Positions 50,222 to 62,368 of a stretch of DNA of 64,000 nt are shown piece by piece. Position numbers and translations under genes: made by a program. Below the pieces are notes generated by a model that saw only the letters and a program-made list of their open reading frames with translations, was not told where the DNA came from and made no database searches. Every line of letters begins with the position of its first letter. Positions within the stretch are counted from its first letter, which is position 1. The stretch comes from Chiloscyllium plagiosum (taxonomy: Eukaryota). The DNA lies in contig NC_057718.1 in the NCBI RefSeq assembly GCF_004010195.1, positions 87,416,606-87,480,605 on the forward strand, given 5' to 3'.

Positions 50222-51505
50222 TCTGTGTAGGAACGAGCTCTCTGTGTTAAGTCCTTATCAGGTTATGTGTTCAGCCAATTATATTATCTGACTCTTATTT
50301 TTTAAATCAACCTGTTCAGGCACGCTTTGAGCTTGAACTTGGATGTTCTAGCTCAGATGTAGGGAATGATACCACTGTGCCACAAGACTCCAAGGTCTGG
50401 ATTCTTATTTTAATAAAACAGTATTTAATCACCCTGGTCAGATGTTATGACCCACCTCTCAAGCAAGTGAAACTTGAATCCCGGCTTCCTGGTCCAGTAG
50501 TAAGGATATTATCTCAAGGGAGATAAAAGCTTCCTTCATCTGTATCTAAACAGAAGATCAAATGAATTTTCATCTGTTCTCAATCAACTCTGGAGCTGTT
50601 CTGGCTGGCCTTTGAAGGGATATGTGTTTCTAACATCGACTGAATGATAGGGAAATGGACTTCATTAGATGATGGCTCCTGAACTCTCGTCAAGAAGGAA
50701 CCACTGTCTTCAGGATTTTTAATGTTTATAGATCCTAATGTAATGTTAATATTTTAACATTGCCTTGTTACACTTTCATGTATTTTTCTTGTAATTAAAT
50801 GTTCTGATGAGAAAGGCCAAGATCACAAACAAGTACATTAAGGGGTCAGTGAAAATTTCGGATGCATCAAAGAAAGCAGTAGAGCAGAGGGTTAAAGTGG
50901 TATGGTTTACTTCATGGAGTGAGACATGGAGTAAGTTGGACTGTCAAAAAAGAGGGACGGGGAGCACCTGACAGTTGGAACAATCTAATGGCAAGAGACT
51001 TAAAGCGGCAGACTGGAAGAAGACTGAGTGAATGACGAGAAGAAATGGTGAAGGCTGATCGGCCAGTGTTTTGGCAATCCCAAGTAAAATTGGCAAAATT
51101 GAAAAAAGGAGGAGGACTGTCCTGAATAGCTTTATACCTCAAGCTTTCTTTTCTCCCCCCAACAAAGATGCATAATTATTTGAGGGAGAATTCACTCCAG
51201 ATGTCAAGTGACTGTTTGTTTGGAAGTGACCACTGCTAATGCTTCAAATAAATTCTAAAGATATACTTGGTACAGTCAGAATTTTGTAATGCATGGAGAG
51301 GGGGAATGAGATGATCCTTCCTTCTGAATTCCTCAAGGATATCCCTTTATGGAGAAACATGTACATCTCAGTGTGTCATACCATCATATTGTATGAAAGA
51401 AGCTCACGTTTGCACCTTATATATTTAAGTCTAGATTATATGACAGGAAGATGAAATGCTTGTGCTGTTTTGTATTTAATACATTGTCCATATATTCCTG
51501 TATAG

Positions 51506-51565
51506 GTTCTACCTCTTCATGCAATTCTGAAGATGAACAAAAATTGCCTAACTTTATAGAAAGGG
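51506..51565 (+). CDS. STXBP5: Tomosyn-1 hypervariable-region cassette exon 1 (60 bp), GSTSSCNSEDEQKLPNFIER
   Basis: cctgtatag|GT...AGG G|gtatag. Matches recalled human GSSSPHNSDDEQKMNNFIEK. Symmetric phase 1-1. Confidence 0.9.
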
Positions 51566-51669
51566 GTATAGTATTATTCTGGTGCAATATAATTTCAGTT
51601 CTCAGATTTTATTTTGGTTTTGGAATTAAGTTTTTTTTTATTCACATATCAAATATTATGCTTTTCCAG

Positions 51670-51717
51670 TGAAAATCAAAAGCAGAAAATTATCCAAGAC
51701 CGTAGTATCTGATATAG
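51670..51717 (+). CDS. STXBP5: Tomosyn-1 hypervariable-region cassette exon 2 (48 bp), VKIKSRKLSKTVVSDI
   Basis: cttttccag|TG...ATA G|gtatga. Matches recalled human VKTKSRKFSKMVANDI. Symmetric phase 1-1. Confidence 0.9.
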
Positions 51718-51742
51718 GTATGAAGTAATAATTCCATAATTT

Positions 51743-51863
51743 ACTAATGCCTTTCTTTTTGAAGCACTAACCAAAATGCAAATAATCAAAGGATCGTGCT
51801 TGGTGGCTTTTCTAATCTGCACTCCGTGCTTTGGGCTGTTTCTGATCTGGGACGCAGTGCATG
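51743..51863 (+). promoter_or_regulatory. Candidate intronic splicing elements: ACTAAT (51743-51748), ACTAAC (51766-51771), TGCATG (51858-51863)
   Basis: Two QKI-type ACUAAY hexamers and one RBFOX UGCAUG within 150 nt downstream of the cassette exons. Function is inferred. Confidence 0.5.
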
Positions 51864-54800
51864 ATTGTGTTTGATCACTTTGTTTATTAATTTGGGATTG
51901 GTGTCATCTCAAACTGTAATCGGCGGTTTGATCATCATACAAATTATTTTTAATTGCTTCTCCCAGATCCTGCTGTTTTTATTATTTGTATGAGAATAAT
52001 TCCATAAATTAAGATGGTAGTATTTTCTTTTTAAAAAAAAGCTGACAGATGAGTTTATAGAATCATTGTGAAATTCTATTAAAAGTAATCATTCAACAAT
52101 TGTAAAACCAATAAGGGGAAACCAAGGTATTAAAATATTTTCAATGCCCTTTTTAGAACAAGTGATATTTCATTTTAAATGTGTGTATTTTAGTTCACTT
52201 TGAACTGGTAAATTATGCAATTTTTGGAGGTTCAGTTCTTTTTGCACTTGATTCCTCTGGCAAAAATAGAAGCAAGCACAGCTCTGAGTTTGTATGGCTT
52301 GTGATACTATTTATTGCAAGAATAAATATTAAAAGTGCAAACAAATTGTTAAATTCTGGTAACAGAAAAGCACTTGCATCTTGGTGGCTATTCATCTATC
52401 TAGTGGAAAACCTGAACAGAACATTTGAACTACAATATTCATGTATACCGGTTGCTGTCCCTTGGCATTGCATAGAAGGTGTATAATCATGAGTTTGTGA
52501 GGTTAGAAGCTGGGAGATAATTAGATGAAGGTGCATGCATAAATTCCTCTCCATCTTACAGCCATTTGTTGTTTATTTTGTTTCTCTGTTCCTATTATAA
52601 ATGATGTCCATATTTGTGCTGAAAGCTGTTGATGTAAACTTAAGGTTTGACAGTTTCTCACATGTAATGACATTACATTGTTTGGGAAAATGTTGTTAAA
52701 ACTTACAAGTTTCCATCTATTTCCAATATAAATGTGGATTTGAAATTGAAAATGTTAACAAGGTCTTGCAAGCTTTAATATATTAATCTTTTTGTACATA
52801 GTATGCATTTATACTCTCTCCCTGTACTGTTTTAGTGCAATATTTCAATGCCACTACTTTGTCATTGTACATGCAACTAGATATATAAATGTACCCAACT
52901 TACTCTTCCTTGATTTGATGATACATTTTTTAAAAAATCCAACTGATTTGCTAAAGTCTTGCTTAGTCATTCACATCTAAAAAGGGAACCCAGGTGGAAG
53001 CTATTTGTGATTCAGTCAAAGAACGTACTGCTCCTCCGTACTTTCTTCTACAAGTTTGATATTCTTAGTAACAAATTCCTAATGTTCAATGCAGTTTTTT
53101 TTTGTAGAAGAAACTTCTACCTGTATGAAAAATTCCTACTGAGTTATTGTAAGATATGTATTTCTTCAACTGGTTCTGAAATGACATCACCATGGTTTTT
53201 GTTCTGAGTCGAGGTTTTCTATCAAAAGTCCACTTGTAATTTCTTTCGGAGGCATGGCATTCTTCTTTGCTGAATTTGATATTTGATTTTCTCCCACCCT
53301 CCAACTACTTAGTGCATATGGATGGTTCCATACACATGTCAATTCTGTTTCCAGAGCTGCTGCAGTCACTTCCAGCATTTTTCCTGTCCTCCCGTCAATT
53401 CTCGTCAGCTAGGATCCAGCTTTAAACTTGTATTTATACTGCAACTTTTTTTAACCTAATATGTCCCAAGGTATTTGGAACTGAGCCACTTTAGGAAGTG
53501 TTTGTGCAGATAACTAAATGATTGGTCAAAAAAGTACCTTTGAAGAAATATCTCAAATGAGGGATGGGTGGAGATGCAAAGAGGCTTAAGAGAGAGATTA
53601 TCAACATAAGAACCTGGTGGTACAGCTGCCATTGGAGAGACAAAAGAGATCGTCAAGAATCCAGAAGGGAAGACTTTGCAGCAATCTCAACTGTTCTATG
53701 GCTAGAGAAGATTACACACAAAAAAGAGCAATATAATAATTGAATGATCCAACCCCAAGGGTACAAAATCTAACATTGTTGATACTGTTACACTGGGAAC
53801 CAACGTGTGGGAAACAAAAATGGAACTTAAGACATAGGCAGCAGAGCTTTAGAGGAGCTTTAGTTTACTGAGAAGGGAAGGTGGGAAGCTGGCTAGCAGA
53901 GTATTGGAGCAGTTGACTTCCAAGCTAACTAAAGGATAGATTAGTGTGCCAACAGGAGATGACCTGATGTGGGGTAAAGATGGGTACTGTAAAAGTTGTA
54001 AGTCGTCAGTGTTGGAGTTAAAAATGATGATCAGTCAGAAGCTCAGTTAAGGGTCAGATAAAATACCGAGAGAGTGAACAATCTGTTAACAGACCTATAT
54101 CCATATGTTGAATTAGGCAGCAAAAATTCTGAAATATACGAGAGTTTTATTGTAAACTTATATTTGAGCATAAACGCCAGTTTCCACTTTTCCCTTTTGG
54201 AACACTTCCCTGTCCAGGAGCTAGCCACCACTGGGGAAGAACCCAGCTCTTAAATGCAAATTCCAGTGAGTGTTACCTGCTCTCAACTCTGGAACTATTC
54301 TGTTTTACCCTTCAAGGGACTTGCATTTCTAACAACAACAGATTCCCTTTCTTTGAAGAAAACAATAGTATTTATGTAAGGATACGTAGATATTAATAAC
54401 AAACACAATGTCAGGTGCCCACTCTTAGACGGTGAGAAATTGTTCTTAAACTTTAAATGATTTTTCTTTGGAGGCATTGCTGTTGTGAAAAAATCTGATA
54501 ATTGATGATACGTACCTACCCCCTAAGTTTAGATGTTTTTCCCCTTTTTCGCATCTGCTTTAAAGTAATGCCTTGCTGATTTCAAATGATAATTATTTCA
54601 TCAAAATCATTGGTCTACCCCACAAAAAGTCATTGACGTGCATCATAAAGATGCCTAGAAGTTTTCCTTTATAATGCCAATAGAACATCGGTGATTCCTG
54701 CATCCATGGAAACACCTCATGTTTACAGAGCTGCCCTTTTTAAAAAATGTCACCTAAAAAGCATAATTTAACTCATAAATGCATTTATGCAATTTCCAGA

Positions 54801-55054
54801 GCCTCCTCTCTAATTACTGCTACTTTCTTAGGTAGCTGTGAGAATACTTTCCTCTTGAGTAGGTGACATTGAAAGAACACCGCTTTGATATCTGTAGAGT
54901 TGCACTTCCAAGAAAAAATTAAAATGGCTAAAAATACTTTCAAAATTACCTTAACACAGTACAGTACTGTTGGCTTTATTGATAGAGGCATCAGGTAAAT
55001 CACTAAGCAGGTTATGCTGAATTTGTTGAAGCCTGGATTATTATGTACAGTTCT

Positions 55055-56030
55055 AAGTGTCGCGTTTTAGGGAATTTTGCAGAAGAGGTTTAATAGAAAC
55101 TTCAGTTATGAAGATAGCTTGGAGAAATTGGGACTTATTTGGATTGGAAAGGCTAGAAATGATAGTTTTCAAAATTGAGGGGAGGCTGGACAGCGCCAAT
55201 AGGGAAAAATGGTTCCCCTCTCATAATAAGGTCACTCCTGAGATTATAGGCACAAGGTAAATTGCAATAAAAGTAATATGAGAAACTTTCTCAGTAGTTA
55301 AAGTCTGGAATATACTGCCTGGAAGTATAGGGGAGTTAGTTTAATTGAGGCATTCAAGGAGGGCATTTAGATTGTTTATATTTAAATAATATCTTGGTTA
55401 CGTGGAAAAGGTAAGAGCATGGTACTAAATTATGTTCTTCATTGAGAGAGCCGCTGCAGGCATGATGGGCCACGTGGCCTCATTTTGCATCATAACAAAT
55501 GTGATTTTCTCTATTCCTAAACCCCTTTAAAAGAAATTGAATTTTAGTGTATTGTATAATTGATTATAGATTCGTAGAATGGTTACAGAACTAAAGGAAA
55601 TCATTTTAGCCTGTAATGTCTGTACTGCTTCTTCACCACAACAGCACACATTGTCCCAGTCTTCCATCTTCCCCAGGCCCCTGCATGTTTTTTTTTGGAT
55701 AATTAAGTTCTCTGCTAAAAGCCTTGTTGGAATCTACTTCCACGACACACACAATGCATTCCAGATCTGAATCATTATTGCATGAAGATGTTTCTCCCAA
55801 TATGCTATTGCTTCTCTTGCCAATCACTTTAAATCCAACTGATCTGGTTTTCAGTCTTTGACTAATTGAAACATAAGTTTCCCTATCAATCCTTATTATT
55901 GTACTTATGATAATTTTGAATAGCTCTTATCAAAACTCTTGGACAACTCAGACAGCAGTTCCAATTTCACTAATCTATCCATGCAAATGATTTCCCTCAT
56001 TCTGAGAACAATGCTCATAAACCTTTTCTA
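55055..56030. mobile_element. Two old CR1 3' remnants tail-to-tail (+ 55055-55500, - 55570-56030)
   Basis: Degenerate LGLFGLERL / FKI motifs and CR1-like 3' UTRs. Confidence 0.55.
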
Positions 56031-58679
56031 CAACTTCTCTGACTGCATATCTGGTGCTCAAATGAATAGGATACTCCTGTTGAATGTTCTAAACCTTTGT
56101 TTTGTAACGGTTCACCACAGCGTGCTCACTTTATTTTTACCTTAGGTTTCTTTTTATATAGCCCACAATCCCTTATGCTTTATTCATCTGCCCTACTACC
56201 TCCATTGCTTATTCTTACCTGCTATATGTTTATGTCTACCTTCCTGTCTAATATAGCAGCAAAATGGTATGTCTTTGGATCAAAAATATGCCATTCATGG
56301 TAGAACACTTCTTTATATATATTGGAAACACCGCTAATTATTTGAACTGACAATAACCAATAGAACTAGAAATATAAATGCCAATAAAAGATGACAAAAA
56401 ATGCAAGTCTAAGCCCTCACTCAAATTATATAAGGATTAAATAATATTGTATCTCCACTCTTACACTCAGGATAAGTGGCAGATCTCATCAAGAGTGGTA
56501 CGTTGAACTACTACCTGTACAAATTATGACATGATTTGTCAGATAAGAATAGTGAGGGTTATCATCTCTGATCAGATCTCTATATTCTATTGTATTCACC
56601 TTGTCAAAAAAAACTCTCCAGCAATTCTAGTAAATCTTCTGTGGAATTGCTCATAGTCAGAGAAAATGTTATGTCATATGGCTGTGGCTGTCAACAAACT
56701 GAGGTTAAGGATTTATGTTGGGGCCATACTAGAACAGTTGGGGTTGTTGAAATGTTCCTTTGAGTTCAACAGATCTTAGCCAGCGAAGAGAAGAAAGAAT
56801 GGTAGCCGTTAGCCATCTGTGTAGCTATACCTCACTGACACCTCCCTTGACTCCTCCTCAGTTGCTAAACTATTGAACTGCATATACAACATCCAGTACT
56901 TAGTAAACTAAAATTTTCATCTGTTAATAATTAGAAAGTCATTCAAATTCAAATCAAAATTCCACTTCCCACTTGCTGACTCCACTTCTTTCATCAGTAA
57001 CAATGTGAAACTGAACCACACTGTTCACATAATTTGGTTTTTTTGACCCCAAGATGAACTACCAATCACATTTGCACCTTAACTATTGTCCACCCCAAGA
57101 GATCATCAGACTTTGCACTCGTCTTTTTTTTTCTGTGATTAACCCCATTCATTTATCTGTTGTTACCTCTTTATGTGACCTTTCTAGCACATTGTGACTG
57201 GTCTCTACTCTACCTTCCATAAACTTGCTGTCAGCCACACTTCTGCCCAAATCTTAATTAGCCTCATGTTCTGTGCTTACTTATCGAAATTGTCTCCTAT
57301 TCAAGCAAAGTCTTGATTAATCCTTGTTTTCAAATCCCTCACCTTGATCATTTCTATCTTTGTAATGTCCTCCAGCCCTTCAACCTTCTGGAATATTGTG
57401 CTCTTCTGATCTGACGTGCATTTCCAATTATTATTGCTTCCGTGGATTCTTTCACCATTCTCCCCCCACCTTTTCTCTCACTCACTTGCTCTCTGGATCT
57501 TTTCCCCCTGCTTCCTCCCAACCCTGTCTCTCTCGAAATAGTTAAATCTGAGGGACATTCAAGTTAACTATTCTACTTTTTAAAAACAGGGATGGTATTT
57601 CGAGGCACTAAATATTTTTCCAAAAGCGTTATACGTAAAACATGGTTTTATTTTAGACCATTATTTATAAATATTTAAGTTGTATATTGAAAGTCTGCTT
57701 AGCATTGCAATTTGTCAAAGTCGTCCCCAAGGTAGCAAGCCACTGAGCAGCTGAAAGGGAATGTCAATCATAATATATTTAGAGCAGTATTCCTGCACGT
57801 AAATCAGCACTTAATAGGACTTGACCATCTGCTTCTTGCTATTGTCAGAACGAAAATCAGTCTGACCCAGCACTTGAAAGTTTCAAATCAGTTATGTGAA
57901 TTTTATTCTGATCAATGTCTTAATTATTCCTGAAAACTGTTGCTTCTTAGCATTGACACATTCTCTGCCAAATTCAAAAGATTACTAACTGGTTGCCATA
58001 CACAAGAATGCATCACACATCATTTCCTATATTCGAATCAGTTGGCTAGGTTACTTTCCAGAAGCTTAGGCAACAATAACATATTTGTATGATTTTAGGC
58101 TGGGGCAAAGATTTTACAGTAGCTAGCTTTTAAACTCCATATGTATTTGGCCTGAATTTGAACAACCACCAAACCAAAATCAGGCGAAACAGAAGGTGTC
58201 TTTTGTTTCATTGCACACTACAATACCAACCCAAATCAATTTGCTGAATCTATAAGTCCACATGTCTGTTCTCTAAACAAAACATGAATGACATCAATAT
58301 TTTTTCATTATGTATTTCATTTTATCAGTTGTCTTTATTTGAAGCCCATGAAATCTAACAAATTTTCAAGGTAGTTCAATAATTAGTGAGATAGGAAGGG
58401 AAGGCTTTAAGTTTGTTGTTGGAGTGGGATTTCTGAAGGTTCGCCAGAGGTGGTTTTGTTGATGGAAACAGGAGGAGAGAATGAGGTGCCTGCATGAAAG
58501 AATGAGTTTCTGGGATTTAGGAAAAGGAAAATTTTAAATGTACAGATATTTTTAGTCAACTTGTCCATGTATGTTGTGACATTCCTCTGGAGTTGATGGG
58601 ATTTTAACTGGGATCTTCTGGCCCAGAGGTAAGACAATATTATTGTGCTACAAGGACCTGAAGTTTGAATGTGTACCAT

Positions 58680-59035
58680 GACTTTTATAATCTCAGAATG
58701 TCTGTGTGCTTAGCAACTTAAGTACTTTCAAAGTATTGTTTTGACTGTGATAACATAGAAATCAGTAGTCTGTTTGTAGTCTGGAATCTCCTGCAGTGCA
58801 ATGAGTTCAAATTAAATCATCTTAGTTTTAGTTATGATTGTTAACGGATAAATATTGGCCAGAACATAAGCGAGGGTCTCCTGTTGTTCTTTGCATAGTG
58901 CAAAGAGATGTTATCTCTTACGTGAAATAAAACAAATGGGGTCTTGGTTTGATGATCATATGGAAGATGCATCCCCTTGTAAGTGCCACAGGCTCAGTGC
59001 TGCATATAGATGTCAGTGTCTGGAGTGGATGTTTA
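58680..59035 (-). mobile_element. Degenerate Deu-domain SINE
   Basis: GGATAAATATTGGCCAGAACA and AGTACTTTCAAAGTA match the recalled Deu consensus in reverse. Confidence 0.5.
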
Positions 59036-60779
59036 ATATGTGAACTATCTCAATTGAGAGTGATATCAATAACAAACGTTGCCACCTAAGGAGCACTGTC
59101 TTGGTCGTTCTAGGGTTACAGAGCCTTATCGGGGGTTTAATGACCCAGAGTTTGATAGTGATACAGTGGATTTCTTGGAGATTTTATGACATTGGAAAAA
59201 TGTTTGGAGTTTAGTAGCAAAGTGGCATCCTATGGTTGGCAGCAGTAAGAGCAAATCCATTGACAGTGAGGGGAGCTTGAGAATTTTGTAGTTGGGTTGT
59301 AGAAGTGAAAGCAAAATACACAATAATGTAAGAATTTTAAAAGAAGTGTCTTCGGTTTTCACTCTCCAGCAAGCACATTCTTGAAATATTGTTTCCCTGA
59401 AGTATCACAGTTGAAAGTATCTTAGATTTCTATCTATAAACAAAAGAGACTACAAGTCTCCAAATTTTGTGTCTCTGAAATTTCTACTTAGGATTCTTGA
59501 ATTACTCTTTTGCCTCTCAGGTGATTTGGTCAACTGTTTTGCAATATAAAGATATCAGTTGATTTGCCCCTCCAGTGATAAATACATTTCTTGCCACTGT
59601 TCTCCATTCCAAACGTTGTAAAAATGCATGGATGTCCTTAATTATCCATAAGTTCTGCATAGTACAAAGACAATTAAACTTGCTCAAACTAGAAATTATG
59701 GGATTCTGTTTATCACAGAAATGTACACCACAAAAAGACCATTAAGTCTATCTACAGTGGTTGACATTGTGCAATTTGGTATTACTTAAGGCAGAGGATA
59801 TTGTACCTTTTATGGAAAATGTGTAATTTTGAATTACATCTTCTTCCACAAGAAAATTTAAGAATAGAGATTGATACATTTATTTAAAGTTAGTGCGTTA
59901 AGGGATATGGAAACAAGATTGGTAAATAAGGTTAAGGAACAGATTGACAGTGATGTCATTGAATAGTAGGCCAGGTTTAAGGGACTGCATAGCCTATAGT
60001 TGTTTCAGTGTATATTATAGGGAAGCGTGGTTTAAGTTGAATTTGACACTCTAGTGCAGACATAATGAAATATGCAAAAGTGGTTGTTGGATATTTATAT
60101 GCGAAATATTTCATATTAATTGTTATAGATCTGGGCAGATTGAAGAGGAAAAGTGTTTTCAAATTATTCCATTAATATACTCCAAGCTCTTACTAGTTGA
60201 CTCTGTTGATATTTCTCGTGTTAAAAATGGATTTTCATTCTATTCGCTGTTTGTTTATTCACAGCGTCTATTAGTTGTGATTTGTCTAGTTTATAAAAGA
60301 TTCAACCAGTTAATTGCAGGTTAACATACATTTGTCTTCTAAAAGTAATGGATAAGAAATGCAAACATGTAAGTTCCTCTGCAGATAGATTAAAGAGCTG
60401 CAAATAAAGTCCTATTTCCTGTAATGCTAATTGCAGTTTCTTTGTCTATATTGAGATATAAGTCCCAAAATTACACTTCCTGTATTTCTCTGAATGATCT
60501 TCAGCATATGTTGATGTTAGGGTGCCCAAAGTTATATCATTTCCTGAGATCATATGCTGTATGTATTTTTAAAAAAACTTGAGTAACATTCCACTACATT
60601 ATTAGCCTAGTTTTGAAGTTTCCTATTAATTGGGAATCTTGTGACAAATCATTGGCAGCAGCTAAATTCTGTTACTGTTTTTCTTAATGCACATTGCATG
60701 GGTACATTCCATAAATTCTTCATTACGTTGACCACTGTTCAATTTTCCTGCTGTTTAATTCACTGGTCCAAGTTAATGG

Positions 60780-61275
60780 GACTGTATTATCCTGAGTTGA
60801 AAAGAATAAGAGGTGAAGTGTACAAAGTTTTTATAGGGCTTAGAGTCATAACCACTTATGGCACAATTGGACCTTTTGGCCCATCATTCCCTTGCTATCT
60901 TCTTGCAGACCAATCCAATCAGTCCCAATTCCCTGCTCGGTCCTCTTAGCCCATTTGAAAATCTGGAATTTTTTTACTCCTTCTGGCATCATAGTGTAGA
61001 TGTTCTTCCCATTAAAGATTGTATAACTTGGACTGAAATGAGGAAAATCTGTTCACCCAGATGGTTGTAAATCTTTAGAGTTATTTACCTCTGAGGATTA
61101 CATATGGTTAGCTGTTGAGTATATACAAGACAGAATTATAGATTTTTAGACAAAGAGAAAATCAGGAGAAATATGTTTAGGGCAGGAAATTGGAATAAAG
61201 TAGATCATTCATGATCTTATCGAATAACAGAGCAGACTTGAGGTTACATGGCCTAATTTTGTTATTTTTTATGGT
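60780..61275 (+). mobile_element. Old CR1 3' remnant with a small inverted CR1 tail piece inside
   Basis: ELKRIRGEVYK remnant, TAGAGTCATA tail in the opposite sense at 60842, 3' UTR AGAGCAGACTTGAGG. Confidence 0.5.
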
Positions 61276-62053
61276 CTCATGACTCATTTATTTGTTAATT
61301 AGAAACATAGCTTACTGTCATCAAAAGGCCATCTTTAAAGCTTTTTTAAACATTTGATATTACACTGTTTGCTAATGTTCATCATTTTGCTACCAATTCA
61401 TTAATTTTCCACTGCTTCTATGTACATTCTAAATTTGGTTGTACCGGGATGCAACCATAGTCTCACTAAAGATTCTGAACAGGCTACAAATGGTATTTAG
61501 CCCCTGCATAATCTGCTTTAGTTGACAGCGGGGGATTGCAAAATGTTGGGTATAGTTCTTGCAAATGCCAATGCATGCACAACTTTGTATTCAAGTGGAA
61601 GGAGAATGTGTTGGTGAATTCCAAATATAACTGCAAAAATTATATTCTGGGGAATGGATATATTTGAGTTCGACATACAGTTGTAAAAGTTGCCTTGTAT
61701 TTCAATGGTAAGAGTAGATTGTTGAGTTTCAAAGAAATGGAAAGAAGCTTTCGGGTTCTACTCATGGGGGGTATATTGCTACATTCAAAATGAGTTCATG
61801 AACTGTCATTGTATTTTAATGGGAGAGAATTGGCCGCCTCATTAAAACCAGTAGAATGCAAATTTGAACATTTATTTTGGGGACACTGTCATGCCAAATC
61901 TAACTGGACTACATAAAGCACCACAAATAAGTTCCTCCTCATCTATAAAACTGTTTCCAATTCCAGGATCAACCTGCCTAAAGCAGTCCCAGACTTCTCA
62001 TCTCCATTATAAAGTGTTGTCTTAAATCCTTCTCCCCCACCCTCTCTGAGGTA

Positions 62054-62368
62054 CAGTAAATCCTCTGTATCTGCAAAATTACAAATTACAAGTTTGTCTA
62101 TTTGTGCCAAAAAATAAGTCTCAACAAAAATCCACATCCGCAGGTAAAATAACTAGCTCTGCACTCATGAATTTCATCATTCGTGAGGATTCTCCGGAAT
62201 GGAATCCTCGCAGATATGGAGGAATTGAGAGTGTGGTGCTGAAAAAAACAGCAGGTCAGGCAGCATCCAAGGAGCAGGAGAATAGACATTTTGGAAATAA
62301 GCCCTTCATCATCTCTGACCTCCAGCATCTGCAGTCCTCACTTTCTCCCAGATATGGAGGAATGTCTG
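62054..62368. mobile_element. Tigger-like MITE interrupted in its right TIR
   Basis: TA + CAGTAAATCCTCTGTATCTGC versus the right-end reverse complement CAGACATTCCTCCATATCTG. Confidence 0.65.
62226..62348. mobile_element. 123-bp Penelope terminal-repeat insertion with internal inversion and perfect 15-bp TSD
   Basis: CAGATATGGAGGAAT at 62211-62225 and 62349-62363. The 5' part is antisense terminal repeat up to the hammerhead (GCCCTTCATC). The 3' part is the sense tail CTCCAGCATCTGCAGTCCTCACTTTCTCC. Confidence 0.88.

Noticed and set aside
3814..51717. Assignment to STXBP5L (tomosyn-2)
   Set aside because: A few residues (EYRTCK, IIFSGG, DIHES) are STXBP5L-like, but DTVGRRPCLTVMHGK, CCEYFADCPVDLIPALYSVG, WPINGGNWGLG and the hypervariable exons match STXBP5.
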